DNA of 62,571 bases, filler included, from Chiloscyllium plagiosum (taxonomy: Eukaryota), in assembly GCF_004010195.1 (NCBI RefSeq). It is 3 parts of one record of this genome, joined end to end, with 100 filler letters (N's around TTAATTAATTAA, not from the genome) between each part and the next. Parts side by side here need not be neighbours in the genome. Positions count along the whole stretch, not along the records: positions 23,798 to 55,358 come from NC_057713.1; 2 more parts are not named here. One strand, 5' to 3'. Below are positions 38,861 through 52,636 of the stretch, in pieces (position 1 is the first letter of the stretch; each line of letters starts with the position of its first letter). Below the pieces are notes generated by a model. It was not told where the DNA came from. It worked only from the letters and a program-made list of their open reading frames with translations, and ran no database searches. The translations under genes were made by a program, and so were the position numbers.

Positions 38861-39786
38861 GTAACAGCTGACAAAGTGTTCTTCAAATTTGTTTTGGTCT
38901 CAATTTATTCGCTAAACTAAAAGTATTTATGGAAAGAGAAGGTTATACCAAACTACAGTTCCATTAAAATCCTGAAATTATCTTGGGAAGGTTAGAATAG
39001 GGAAGTAATAAAGTAATATTGTAAAGAAAAATGAAAAGGAGAAAAGTTGGGTGAGTGTCATAGCAATTTAAATTTGTAAAGAAATTCCCCATACAAGACA
39101 TCCCAGAATATTCTATGAAGGAATAAAAGGAACAAACATCAGCATGTGAGAAACAAATTTGGAGAGTTGATTGAAATTTATAGTTTAAATAAAAGATCTT
39201 TAAGGAATGTTTTTAAGGAGGACAGATAATTAGGTTACATTCAAGGAGAGTGAGAGAGAGAGAGAGTGGGAATCCAACTGAGAACTCTGTCACCAATGAT
39301 GCAATGGAAGGGGGGTCAGCTTGTTAGGAAACAAGCAAGCCGGACCTTGAGAAAGGTAGTAAACCCTGGATTGCACTCAGTACCATGCATAAATCAGCAT
39401 TGAAATGGGAGGATTGAACTGTTTAATGCATGGCTGGAAAGAGGCACAGGAAGACACATTCTTCACTTCCTGTGATATTGGTGCCAGTTTTTGGAAAGAT
39501 GGGATCAGCACAGGCTGAACAGATTGCAAATGAATAGAGCTGGGACCAATTTCCTTACAGTGTGATTTTCTAATGCCATTCGAAAAGGTTTAAGATAATT
39601 TGGTAGGGGTGTGAAAACCAGGACGTAATATTAGAAAAGGGTCCAAAGTATACAAAGAATGTGGAAAGACAGGTAGCACTACAAGAATTATTATTAGTAA
39701 TCTCAAAACTAACAGATCAGCTCTTGAGCTCTGTGATCTTGTCCAGTCTTGATTGGTGGTGGACAATTAAACAACAAACAGAAGGA

Positions 39787-40160
39787 TTAGGGTGTAGGTT
39801 TGCTCGCTGAGCTGTAGTTTTGATATCCAGACGTTTCATTACCTGGCTAGGTAACATCATTAGTGGCGACCTCCAAGTGAAGCAAAGCTGTTGTCTCCTG
39901 CTTTCTATTTATATCTTTCTTCTGGATGGGGTTCCTGGGGTTTGTGATGATGTCATTTCCTGTTTGTTTTCTGAGGGGCATCTACAAAATTCCATGCAAG
40001 GACTGCCACAAACACTACATAGGACAAACAGGAAGAAGGTTAGCCACCAGGATACACGAACACCAGCTAGCCACAAAAAGACACGACCCTCTCTCCCTCG
40101 TAGCCCTACACACGGATAAAAAAAAAACACCATTTCGACTGGGACGACACATCTATCTAA
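39787..40160. mobile_element. Penelope-like fragment: inverted terminal segment plus GIY-YIG
   Basis: GIYKIPCKDCHKHYIGQTGRRLATRIHEH. Mutated hammerhead core on minus at 39827-39866. Confidence 0.88.
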
Positions 40161-41099
40161 ACATATTTAGATCCCTAGCATCAAAATCGACAACTGTATA
40201 ACCAAATCAATTCACTTGATGTAATATGAAGAAACAGCTGAAAACACTGGATACTGCACATGCCCACGGCTCTGAAAACAGTCTGGCAATAATATTGAAG
40301 GTGTGCTAGGGAGCTAGCCATGTTCCTAGGTAAGCTTTTCAAGTACAGCTACAAAACAAGCATCATTTTGACAAATCCAGACCACCCATTTGCTGCCTTA
40401 TCAGCATATTTTTGATCATGGGGAAAGTGATGGAAGTTGTCATCAATAGTACTCCAGTAGCAGTTGTGAAGGAATAACTTTCTAACTATATAGATTACGC
40501 ACTTCGGTCTACTCTCTGCTTATTCAAAGAATTCCCCTTAGAAATCAATAAATCTTAAAGATATTTACTCTTGTCATATTGTGATTCCAGCTGACAGTAA
40601 TAATGGACAAATCAGAACATAGAGTGAAAGTTGGCTTGATAGATTTTATGGTTTATTTCTCTTTTTGTTTTACTGCCTTCAGACAGAGACTGAAAAATTC
40701 ACAAAGGTTCCCAAAGTATATTTAACAAATGAAAATAAAGATTAATTTCGTAGAAGTAAACCGTGATTTGTATCACAAGAACTATTTGAAATCATTTCAT
40801 TAAAAATATCAGAAAGAAAGATTCAGCATGTTTACTCCAATAATAACCTCTCAGCTCTCAACCTTCAGTGAAGTACTGTATTAACATAGGAAGTAGGAGC
40901 AAGAGGTAGGCCCTCAAATCTGCTATCAAGAAGATCATTGTTGTTCTGTTAGTGTTTCGAATTCCACATTCCCATCCATGCCCAATAACCTTTGATTACC
41001 TCGCCTCACAAGAATCTATATACCTTTGCCTTAAAATGTCCTACTTCTACTCTTTAAGTCACAGAATTCCAAAGTTGCACAACTTTGACGAAAAAGAAG

Positions 41100-41365
41100 T
41101 TCGATTCAAGCCTTGGGTGACTGTCTGTATGGAGTTTGCACATTCTCCTTGTGTCTGCGTGGGTTTCCTCCGGGTGGTCCGGTTTCCTCCCACAGTCCAA
41201 AGATTTGCAGGTCAGGTGAATTGGCCATGTTAAATTGCTGGTAGTGTTAGGTACATTAGTCAGAGGGGAATGGGTCTGGGTGGATTACTGTTTGGAGGGT
41301 CAGTGTGGACTGGTTGGGCCGAAGGACCTGTTTCCACACTGTATGTAATCTAATCTAATCTAATC
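41100..41365 (+). mobile_element. HE1-type SINE with (TAATC)n tail
   Basis: V-domain and tail repeats. Confidence 0.88.
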
Positions 41366-42959
41366 TTTGTCTTAATAGCGCTACTCTTAATTTTAAAACT
41401 GTGCACCCTCAGTTTTGCGCTCACTCACAAGAGGAAACATACTTTCAACGTCGACCAATGTAAGGCTTTCAAGACCTTATATACTTGAGTCAAATTATCC
41501 TAATTCTACTGAGCTCCTGTGGGGAGAAAAAGCCTCATCTGTCCAGCTCATTCATCTACCTGCTCAGCAAACTAGTAAATCTCCACTGATGAAGGGCTTT
41601 TGCCTGAAATGTCGATTTTCCTGCTCCTCGAATGCTGCCTGACCTGCTGTGCTTTTCCAGCACAACACTTTCAACTCTGTGTAAATGAAGCAGAGCATCC
41701 TTACTTCTAACTTTAATTCCCCTCAGAACAAAGAATAACACTGGTTTAAGTCTACATTAGTCATCCCTGTCTCTATGCTAAAGCTTCTTGCTCGGCTGGC
41801 ATAGCTATAATCAGTTTCCTTTTGGAAAATTGCTGCTGTGCATTTGCATAAAGTGATTTTCTTTAGCTTATATCTCAGCCAAGACCTTTAAAACCAGCTT
41901 CTAACTCAGCTGACTTATGTCTTAACATGGATTTCACTACACTGATGTTTTCAACACCCTCCTGTTTCTGGACAGTTCTTGCTACTGACTTGTCCAAACC
42001 CCTGACTGCTTGATGACTGCTACCAACAGCACCTTCCTCTTAATAGTCCTCTTCTCTCTGAATGAACTTGATTCTATTTCTCTCTCCGGGTTGTAAAACC
42101 CAAGTCAGCAAACACCTTAAAAATTGTTTCCCCAGGGGGCTTGCTTGGCATTTAACCAAAAAAGCATTACTTGGAAATACTGTTTTGAATTCACTGTTCA
42201 AAATTACTTCCTGATATTGGCAAATAAAACAAGTTAGACCTTCACGGAACTGAAAATCAAAGACATTTTTCCTCTTCTTTGCTCCACCTAAGTTCCCTCA
42301 TAATAATAGTAATATATTACAGATCTTCATCAGAGGGACCACCCAAAAGTATGCCAAAGTACCCTGGAGAATTCTCTTCAGCTCCAAAAGTAAAACTTTC
42401 TTTCTCACTCCCTTGTCTGTCCATGCCTCAGTTTCTTGTTCTAGTTACTTTCAAGCTTATCTGTTGTTTACTTTCTTATGCAGTAAGATATTGTAGGGCC
42501 TACTGTAGATTTTCCCTTTAATGCCGATCTAAGTAACTTCCAATCTTCTCCACAAGACCCCAGATGAAATTAGGCCAAACCCACCTTCCATGCAGTCAAT
42601 GCTGAAGTTAGTGTTTTATCCTGTCGACAGTGCAGATCTATCATTAACTGTCACTTTCGCTAACTTCTCTCAGAAGCTGCAAACCATGCAAGGTCCAAAA
42701 GCTTCTCTGAGAAAATAACCCAGATAACTTGAAACCAGGGAGTCTTCCCAAGCATCATCCTCTGTGATGATATGGTGTTATGAACAATTCATCAATTTTA
42801 TGGATTTAAGTTTGAAGGATTGTGGTATATATGGATTTTTTAGGTCAGTGAAATGAAACACTGGATTTCTTACTGAAATGAGATATTTCTTGAAAACCAA
42901 ATGGTTACAGGTAAATGCTAGTCTCAATTGCTTGAGCTCACTTCAAGGAAAACGTAAGA

Positions 42960-43850
42960 TTATGGAGGCTGTTATAACTGAGGTATGACATGAGTACTTT
43001 GCATCTGTCTTTACCAAGAAATAAGATGCTATCCTGTTTATGGTGAAAGAGAAGGCAATTGAGACATTTGATGGGTGTAAAAATGATAAGACAAAGATAT
43101 TAGGTTATGCTTAAAGTTCATAAGGGACCAGGACTACTTGACCATCCAAAGATCCTGAGGGAAGTGAGGGTTGAAATTGCGAAAATATTGTTGAGAATTT
43201 TTCAATCCTTTTTAAAGAGGTGTTGCCAGAAGGAATGGAAAATGTCACATCTATATTCAGTAAAAGATGTATGGAAGATTTAGTTGACTTTCAAAGGTAA
43301 GCCCACTATCCATAGGCCAATCGTTTAATCTTTGAGATTTTAGAAATAATGATTCGTGACAGAATTAATTCGCTTGAGCAAATGCAGGTTAAGAAAGGAA
43401 AGCCAGTGTGGATTTGCTCAGGAAAGATCTTGTCCAATTAAATTGCCTGAGTATTTTGATGAGATAACAGAGGGAACAGATAAGGGTAATGCTGTTGATG
43501 TGGTATACACAAACTTACAAAAGAATTATAACACAACAGACATGAGAGCAAAATCAGAGCTAGTGGAATAAAACAAACAGTGACATGAAAAACAGTTTGG
43601 CTGAATGACAGGAAACAGAAAGTATTGGTGAACAGCTGTTTTTCAGACTGCAGGAAGATTTGTAAATAAGATTTCCCCACGGTTAGTGTTAGAATCCCTG
43701 CTCTCCCTGATTATTATTAATGACTGAACATTGAATGTGCAAGGCTCAGTTTCAAAATTTGCATATGATACAAAACTTGATAGCATTGTGTATTATGAGG
43801 CAAGTATTAAACTTCAAAGGTCCTGGGGATGTAGGTGCATGAATCACTGA
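42960..43850 (+). mobile_element. Old degraded CR1 ORF2 fragment
   Basis: ESQCGF...RSC...GNAVDVVYTNLQK (ORF 43356..43571). Confidence 0.7.
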
Positions 43851-44084
43851 AGATGGCATGACAGATTTAGGGCATGGCTAATAAAAAATTAGGGTTTGCT
43901 TAGCTCAGTTGGCTGGTTTGAGCTGCAGTGTGATGCCATCAGCATGAATTCATGGAAAAAAATACTGTACTCTGGGACTATGGTAACTTTACTTGAATGT
44001 TATTTCAATAATTTAAATTCTTTCTGCAGTATGCAGTGCAGTTCTGTGAGAGTTTCATTTTTCAATTTAAAATCTCTTACAAGG

Positions 44085-44319
44085 ATGAGTAGAAAGAGAA
44101 GTGCTGAGGCTACTTTAGCAAGGTTACTCTGAAGACCTTACTTCAATGTTTCAATTTAGCAGCTGTGCACCTGCAGGTTTGTCTAGTAACAATTCCTTAA
44201 AAAAGTGGAAAGGAGCATATTTTTGTTAAATTTATCTCAGTTATTTTCAAAGAAACATTGAAGTAAGGTCTTCAGAGTAACCTTGCTAAAGTAGCCTCAG
44301 CACTTCTCTTTCTACTCAT
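44085..44319. repeat. 68-bp perfect inverted repeat (44085-44152 / 44252-44319)
   Basis: Direct base-by-base comparison of the arms, with a 99-nt spacer. Confidence 0.92.
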
Positions 44320-44401
44320 TCTTCAAAGAAAATAACTGAAAATAATTGTGTTGCATGTAGTAATCTTGTAATACTAAGTCTCATTTTCTTTTATTTTGTA
44401 G

Positions 44402-44554
44402 GCTTTATTGTGTGTGCTGAAGGTACCATACTTTCAGTCAACAAATTGGTGTTGCAAAGTGATGAAAATGAGAGAATTTCTTCATTGACTGGAAACATTG
44501 TCCTCAATGAACTCAATGCTTTGACCAAAGTAAATTCTTTATGTACAGTCCAAG
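44402..44554 (+). CDS. SPIDR: SPIDR coding exon F (GFIVCAEGTILS...KVNSLCTVQ)
   Basis: Long pyrimidine tract with ttttgtag acceptor, AAG|gtgagc donor, 153 nt, phase 1/1. Matches SPIDR GRIVCAERTV...VNSICSVQG. Confidence 0.93.
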
Positions 44555-46887
44555 GTGAGCCTGTGTTTCGACCTCTTTGGTCATTTATTCATCTCGGGTG
44601 CCCTAATATAGCTGCTGAAAATTGAAAGAAAGTCTCACCATGTAGATTGGTTCCAGAATATCTTAATTATGCAATCTTCTGTTCTGGGTGACAGAGTTTC
44701 AAAATGCTTTATGCACTGCAACTAGCTTTTCTATAAATTCAGTGTGTGGATACTTTCCTAACAACTTCTGCAGACATGTTATTACACACCTCTGGAGTGA
44801 GTTGGCTTTGAACCCAGGCCTCCCAGTCCAGATGTAGAGACACAATTACAGCACCAATACAATTTGTTAGCTGATACCTCGAGCAATCACTTGAAAAAAA
44901 ACCTGAAACCTCTAAATGTGATTTAAATTCCTTCCAATCATTGTTATCACCCTTCTGTAGATTCCCTGCTATTACTAGTCAAAAGCCCCTTCCATTGCTG
45001 CTTCTTCCTTTTAAAAGCCTAGTTGATCACCCTGATTGCTAGAACAATGAGCTGACAATAAAAGCCTTTTCAATAGTATAATTATAAATTTGAGCCAAAA
45101 GCTGATATCAGATGTTGTGACTTACAAGTAGTAAACTATTTTTGTGTACTCATGAGCAAGTGCTATAACTCATCTAAAAACTCCACTCTTGCCTCCCAGA
45201 CATTTGATTTTGTTCTGTATTGAACTGTTAGGTTTCAAGCATTGCAAACTAGGAGGGGTTTGAAAATTTACAAATATTTACAACATGGCAATTACCTGTC
45301 CTGCATTTGTAGCAACAGAATGGCAATGTGGTTGCCTTTAATTTTGTTTCTCTTCCGTACCAGGGACACAACTAGGTGCTAATTGTTTCTGATTGAATAA
45401 ATAAACTGGCAATTATAAAGCACCATTCATAAGATTGTTGTGACATATTGTAGTATCCCTACCTCTGAATCAAAAGGTCTGGATTCAAGTCCTACCTGGT
45501 CCAGAAGTGTGTTACAACATCCATAAAGAGGTTAAAAGAGAAAATGCCTAAAGCACCTTTCATGTCTTTGGAATGCTCCAAACTGTGACATCAGAAACAG
45601 GAGTTGGTATAGGCCTGCTAACACTTGGAGTCTGTTTTGCTGTTCAATGAGTCAGTGATTGATCTACGTAATCACCTTCCTCCACGATCCCTGTATTCCT
45701 TGGTTCTCTTGGAATTCAAAAATCTATCGACAAATCTGCATTATACTCAACAAGGGTATAAAATCCCAATGATTCGCAACTCTTTGATTGAAGGCAGTTC
45801 TTGTCTTCTCAGTCCTAAATAATTGGTCCCTTGTTCTGGGCATGTGAAGCCTAGATCAAGTGTCACCAACCAGTGAAAATATTCTCCAGGATTTGCACTG
45901 TTAAGTCAATGTAGGTTTTATTTATTTCACTGAGATCACATTTCTCGTTCTTCTAAACTCTAAAGAATGTTGACCTAACTGTCTTGATCTTTTGTCAAAG
46001 GTCAAGTATCTCCTTCCTTAGGTACTCCAGGTATGATCTCAGTAAGGCTATATATAATTTCAATATAACTTTAAAAAAATTCTTAGACACTAATTCCTTT
46101 ATTGCAATTGTTTGCTGCAACTACATATTAACTTTCCTCAGAACTCATAACCTTTCCACATTATATTCCAATTGCCATGTTCTTGCCTTTTTCGGTTAAC
46201 CTGCCTAAATTATTTTGCAGCCTGTTTGCTCATAACGTATTGTTTTATCCCACCTTTGTGCTGTGAACACATGGGAATACATTATACAACTAAATAATTT
46301 ACATACTTTATAGGTAACTGAGGCCCAAGTACAGATCATTGTGGTATCCCACAAGTAATTGCCTGTCAACTCAAAACTTACTTGTTTATTCCTGCTCTAT
46401 TTTCCTATCTATCAATTAAGGTCAACTCATACTAATTTATTAATCTCAATCCCACAATTTCTTTGGGAGTAAAAGCCTCCTGTGTGACCCATGCTTAAAA
46501 TTCTTTTAGAAAATCCAAACATAATAGATGTCTAATTTTTCCCTTATTGACACTGCTGTTTCATAAATTCCTGTTGATTCTGCACAATAGTATTATAATT
46601 TTCTTAGTACCCTGTTCACACAACTTTGTTACTTGATACATCCTCATGATCTATTAATTAGTTTTGAAGTATAGTTACCATTTCATTGCTAATTTGACAG
46701 ACAATTTGTACATTGCAAGGACCTGCAGACCTTAGTAAGATATAAGGCATTGCATGATCTACTTTTATGATTGGTCAGGAAAACTGCACTTCTTGCTTTA
46801 ATTAATGCCATGGGATCTTTCACAGATGCAGGCACATGGTTTTGTTTGATGTCTTATCTGAGACTTAGTGCTTCCAATAATGTCATG

Positions 46888-49800
46888 TCAAATAACTCAA
46901 ATATAGGCCGATATCTTTTCACCAAGTCACCCTTGAATCCTTGACCTCATTTCCTCAGAGACAGATGTCAGTGTGAACAGAACCTGTGAGACTTCTGTTT
47001 ATATCTGTCAGCCAGAACTCACAGCATCTCACCACCACTAGCCCCCATCTCTCCCCTCCCCCCCCCCCCCCATCCATCCATTGCCAGTTCCAGGAAATCA
47101 TATTTAACCTGCTGCAGAGTCTTCTCCCCATGAGCAAATCTGCTGGAGCTATCCCTAGTTGCATGAGGGGTGGCCCTATAACTAAAAGGAACTGGGACAG
47201 TTTGGTCTCTAGTGAAGCTGTAGGCTTTTTCTTTAAGCCTGTCCTCAAAGGTTGGACTGCACTTTCTGTCAGGCTATTGGAGTGATAGATGGAATGGAGC
47301 TATTCCTTATATGACGAATACCATTTGATCTTATGTATGCTCAAATTCCCTGATGGTAAATGACGGCCCATTATCTGTGACCAACACTTTTTGGAGTCTG
47401 TGTATTGCAAAAGATGTGAACAATTTTTCTAAAATCATCCTAGTGTTTGATGAATGAACTCTGTGCACGTCCAGCACTTGGAATTCGCATCCACAGTGAC
47501 TAAGAACATTGAGCCCATGAAAGGACCTACATAGTTGAAGTGTCACTGGATCCAGGGTTTATTTAGCCGTTCCCAGGAATGTGGGGTATCTGCTAGTGGT
47601 TATTTTTGTCCTTGTTGCCACTCGCCAATGCGGCTATGACTGCATCCAGTACAAGCCACCAGACATAACATCTTCATTTTGAAAGCTCCTGGATGGCCCT
47701 GGTGTAGTTCAACCAGTATCTGGTGATAACCTTTGCTCAGGACAATCAATCTTGCTGTCCTCTACTGTCTCTCCTTGTCCAAAAAGATTTCAATAATGAT
47801 TGTAATGGCCCTTTGGTTTCCTCTATCACCAGCAACTGTTTCAGTTTTGCCAAGACCTGATCTGTCTATGTCCAAAGTCTGATATTGTCAGCTGTGACTG
47901 GAAGTATGTCCAGAAAATTTAAAACCCACTACAGACTCTTCCAGTGGCGGGACCAGCGGTGGTCTATCTGCCAGCTCAATGCATCGTTTGGTCTCCCGGG
48001 CAGTGTTCCAACTTGTAATTATACGCACTTAATATCAGATCCCAAGGTTGAATTCGGTCTGAAGCTTTGGACAGCACTGCCTTGACCTCTTTTAGTAGAC
48101 CTAGCAGGGGTTTGTGGTCCATTGTTATTACAAATGTTTGCTGTAAAACTATTAGTGGAACTTCCTGACTCAAAATATGACTGCCAAACTTTCCTCTGTA
48201 TCTGTTTGTATTTACGCTCTGCATTAGACAAAGTCCTAGATCCATGTTCCTCTCCATTGGGCCACCTATGTGCTTATACTACCCCGATGCCATACAGGGA
48301 TGCATTGCATATCAATACCAGATCTTACTGGGATCATAGTGTGTCAACATTTTAGAGGATGATAGCTGTTTATTTACTTCCCTGAAAGCTATTGCTTGGC
48401 TATGTGACCATTTCCAATGCTGACCCCTTTTTAAGAGTTGATGAAAAGGTCCAGGATGGAGGCGAGGTTACGTGTGGACTTTCCATAATAATTCACCAGC
48501 CCATGGAAAGACCTAAGCTCCAGTACAGACGTTGGAGCCAGGGCACTTTTGATCACCCTCGCTTTATCTTCCAACAGGTGTAATCTGGTTTTGTCAACTC
48601 TGTAGGCCAAGTCGGTCACTTGGGGTGCCTGGAACACAGTTTCTCCTTCTAAGGCATATGTCGGCCTCGAGAAACATCTGAAGATTATGCCCAAGTTCCC
48701 TAGATACTTATTATTGGTCTTCCCTGTTATTAGCATGTCATCCAGACAAATGATAACCTGGGGTAGACCTTGTAAAATCCATCACCCACTAAAACATTGC
48801 ACAGGCTGACATTACCCCAAATGGCAGTCTCGTATATTGGTACAAACCCTTATGGGTATTAATTGTAGCATACTTCTGGAAATTCTTATCTAACTGCAGT
48901 GGCAAGTATGCATGGCTCATGTCCAGCTTCATGAAGGAATCCCTCCACCCCCAACCAGCTTTGCATATAAATCTTCTATGTGAGGGATTGAGTATTTATG
49001 CAGCTGCAAAAAGTGGTTGACCGTTGTTTAAAATCCCCACAGAAACAGACTGACTCATTGGACTTCACCATCGATATGACTGGTGATAGCCATTCCGTAA
49101 ATTAGACTGGTTTGATGATTCCTTTGCTTTCTAGCCTCCTGATTTCTGCATCTCCTTTTGTACGGCAAATGGCATTGGACCGTCCTTGCAGAATTGTGGA
49201 ATTGCTTCCTGTTTGACATGCAAGATGACCTTGGCTCCTTTGATCATCTCTGGACCTTCCTGAAAAACCTCCGGGTATTTAACAAAACTTCACTCAGGCA
49301 GCCATTTTCTAATCAAAAAATGCTGAGCCAAACTAGGGAAATGTTTCTCAACCAATTTTGAGCCATCAAGGCCGAGCCTTGAGTCTGAGCCTTTACTACA
49401 ATCAGTTGTAATTGAATCAGCTGTTTTTCATAAGAGACCGGAATTGAAGTTGTAGTCTTAATTTGCAAAGGCTCCATGGTATAGGTGCTTTGTCTAGCCA
49501 AGATCTTGCAGAAAGTTAAGGGTTGGAGTCCAGAGTGAATTTTGTTAAAGACTGGTTCTGCAATTACTGAAATGGCTGCGTCGATATAGACCTCCATTAG
49601 AACCATGTGACCATTTAACCAGATGTTAATTTTGGTTCTGATTTGGATGCTGCTGAACAATTTAATTATTCCAAACCAAATGTAGGTGAACGTTCTAAGG
49701 TGTGCACACTTCTGGATACTTGCCTACGAGTTCTCTTACTCAATTTGGGCTAGCGGACACTTTTGCTCTCTTGAGTCCGTATGTCAGCAACGACTATAGT

Positions 49801-50746
49801 GGCTTGCCTGCCCAGATCCTGAAGAAATTATTAACCGTTTGGCTGAGGCTTAGCTTTGTTTTGATTTGGGCTGATCTGGAATCCCTCTGTTTAGGATATG
49901 TCCTGAACGAGGCTATGCTTTACTGAAGTAGTGTTCCGCAAGCTCAGCCAGGCAGGCGAGCGTGTCCACTTCCATTACAATACCATGTAACTGATGTGCT
50001 CCACATGTCGCATTTCCCAGTGATCAACCCAATTGTAGTGCCTGTTTGAAGACCAGTTGGGCTTCAACCACTAGGTACTTTTGCATGGTTATATCACCAA
50101 TCCCACATGCCAAACAGTCTCCCAGCATCTCACTAAGAGTTAAACCAAATTCACATGCTTCTGCCAGTAGACTTAACCTAGTCAAAAATCCTTATACAGT
50201 TTTCCCTGGTTCTCAAATAGACAAGTAAAACTGATAGCATCTCAGAAATTAGAGGCCGCTTAGGGTTGTGATATTCCTTAGCCAAATCTGTCAATTCAGA
50301 GACAACGTTATTCAGTTGTACAGAGACAAAATCAGGCCCTTTTGTAATGATTGTGGATTTCTCTCTGATGTTAGGAGGTTATTCAATTTGTGTAGTGGCA
50401 GTAAATTACACAAAAGCACACTATAATAGGATTTACTTGCCCCTTGTGGGAATATATTGTCAGCATCAGGGACTTGATTTTATATAGATGGATTCTCAGC
50501 CATTTGATAATGATTTTATCCTTGTTCATCATCGGTTTAAACATAGTAGATATCAGAATTGAAGTGCATCTGTATGCAAGGATACTAGTGAGAGTGGGGC
50601 ATGCCTTTTTGTGGCTAGTTGATGTTCATGTATTCTGGTGGCTAGTTTTCTGCCTTGGGTTCTGACTTCTGCCCAGATTAACAGTCCCAATCAGGGAGCT
50701 CATATTCTTTGACAACCATCTGGCTGACCTTGTTACAATCACTACA
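46888..50746 (-). mobile_element. Decayed Ty3/Gypsy LTR retrotransposon (gag-PR-RT-RH-IN order) with partial LTRs
   Basis: Minus-strand motifs TINTHKGLYQYTRLPFG, IICLDDMLITG, LRSFHGLVNYYGK, TMDHKPLLGLL, LVTDNGPSF and APADLLMGRRL. Polypurine tract at about 47042-47071, LTR pieces at both ends. Confidence 0.92.
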
Positions 50747-50873
50747 TTATACTTTCTCAATACTTCAGAATTATGAATATTTTCGACCAACAAATAAAGG
50801 GCAAGGTTAAGATTTCTCTGCATAAGATTATTCTGCATAAACATCATTCTCATCATGAATTGTCTTAAACAAT

Positions 50874-51167
50874 TAGATTCCCTACAGTGTGGAAACAGGT
50901 CCTTTCAGCCCAACAAGTCCATACCGACCCTTCGAAGACCCACCCACCCAGACCCATTCCCCTACATTTACCCCTTCACCTAACACTATGGGCAATTTAG
51001 CATGGCCAATTCACCTAACCTGCACATCTTTGGACTGTGGGAGGAAACCCACACAGACACAGGGAGAATGTGCAAACTCCACACAGACAGTCGCCCGAGG
51101 TGGGAATTGAACCCGGGTCTCTGGCACTGTGAGGCAGCAGTGCTAACACTGTGCCACAGTGCCACCC
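50874..51167 (-). mobile_element. HE1-type SINE
   Basis: Reverse complement of the head, V-domain and tail. Confidence 0.9.
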
Positions 51168-51472
51168 TGTCAATTCCCCTTGTAATTTGCCAGCCAATTT
51201 AGCTCTGTGCGAAATCCATAAATAGTTATCAAATATATTAGACATGGCAAACTTCCTAACAACATCCTAGCTGGAGTACTGAAGGCTTGTCTTCCAAAAC
51301 TAGCTGCAACCTTAGCCAAGGTGTTCCAACAGAGGAACACTGAAATCCATGCCAAAATAAGGAAATCTAAACTGGTCAATTACTAGCCTATCAGTTTACT
51401 CTTAGTTGTTAGCAAAATAATGGAAGCTGTCATTGTCAGTAGATTCCAATAACTTGTTCACTAGGGCTTATT

Positions 51473-52060
51473 TTGGGTTTTGCTAACATAGCTCAATTCC
51501 AAACGCGAGCTCCGAGTGACTGTCCTTGGCATCAAGGCAGCATTTGACAGTGTGCGCCATCAAAAAACCATACTAAAATTGAAGTAATTGGGAATTAGGG
51601 AGAAAACAGGCTACAGGTTGATGACATTAAAAGAAGATAATTGTGATTTTTGGATGGGAACTGTTGTGTTCCTACCTCTGAATCAGGAGGCCCAAGTTCA
51701 AGCCCACCTGCTTCTGAGATGTGTAATAACATCTCTGAACGGGTCCATTAGCAAACATCTGTGGTTGGGTTTTGCTAACATAGTTCAATTCCAAACGCGA
51801 GCTCCGAGTGACTGTCCTTGGCACCAAGGCAGCATTTGACAGTGTGCGCCATCAAAAAACCATACTAAAATTGAAGTAATTGGGAATTAGGGAGAAAACA
51901 GGCTACAGGTTGATGACATTAAAAGAAGATAATTGTGATTTTTGGATGGAAAATGGTGGTTTTCCTACCTCTGAATCAGGAGGCCCAAATTCAAGCCCAC
52001 CTGCTTCTGAGATGTGTAATAACATCTCTGAACGGGTCCATTAGCAAACATCTGTGGTTG
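51473..52060. repeat. Tandem duplication, two units of about 292 bp
   Basis: Units start at about 51475 and 51767 and differ at only a few positions. Confidence 0.92.
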
Positions 52061-52235
52061 TTTCCAACCAATCAGGTCAACCACAGGACATTGCTGCAGG
52101 ATTCTTCCAGGCAGTGTCCTGGCCCAACTGTTTTCAACTTCTTCTTTATTGACTGTCCTTCACTGTTTATATGTAGTTAAGAAATTATTTGCAATTTTGT
52201 GTGTGAGCTGCGCTACAGGAGGTCAATGAATAATT

Positions 52236-52375
52236 GTTAAAAATCACACAACACCAGGTTATAGTCCAACAGGTTTAATCGGAAGCACAGGTTTAATTAA
52301 ACCTGTTGGACTATAACCTGGTGTTGTGTGATTTTTAACTTTGTACACCCCAGTCTAACACCGGCATCTCCGAAT
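52236..52375. mobile_element. Short fold-back Penelope-derived element
   Basis: 44-bp perfect inverted arms (52236-52279 / 52296-52339). TSD aatgaataattgtt. Confidence 0.8.
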
Positions 52376-52542
52376 AATGAATAATTGTTGTTTGATGTTT
52401 GAAAATGATACCAATGACATTGTTTAAAATTACTTGCCTTCAAATTCAGTTAACCCAAAATTCTTGTGTGCACTTTTGGTTTGTTCTGTTCATTTTGACT
52501 TGAAAGTATGCCTGTAAATAGGAGGTTTCTTTTGCTTATCAG

Positions 52543-52636
52543 GAAATGTGGTTGGTGTTGATGAGGCTAATGCTTTTTCGTGGATAGCTTGCAATAGATG
52601 TGGAAATGGAAAACTGGAAAAGAAACATGGAGAAAG
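52543..52636 (+). CDS. SPIDR: SPIDR coding exon G (GNVVGVDEANAFSWIACNRCGNGKLEKKHGE)
   Basis: ttttgcttatcag acceptor, AAG|gtcagt donor, 94 nt, phase 1/2. Matches SPIDR VVGVDESTAFSWPVCDMCGNGRLE and carries the first CxxC. Confidence 0.95.
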
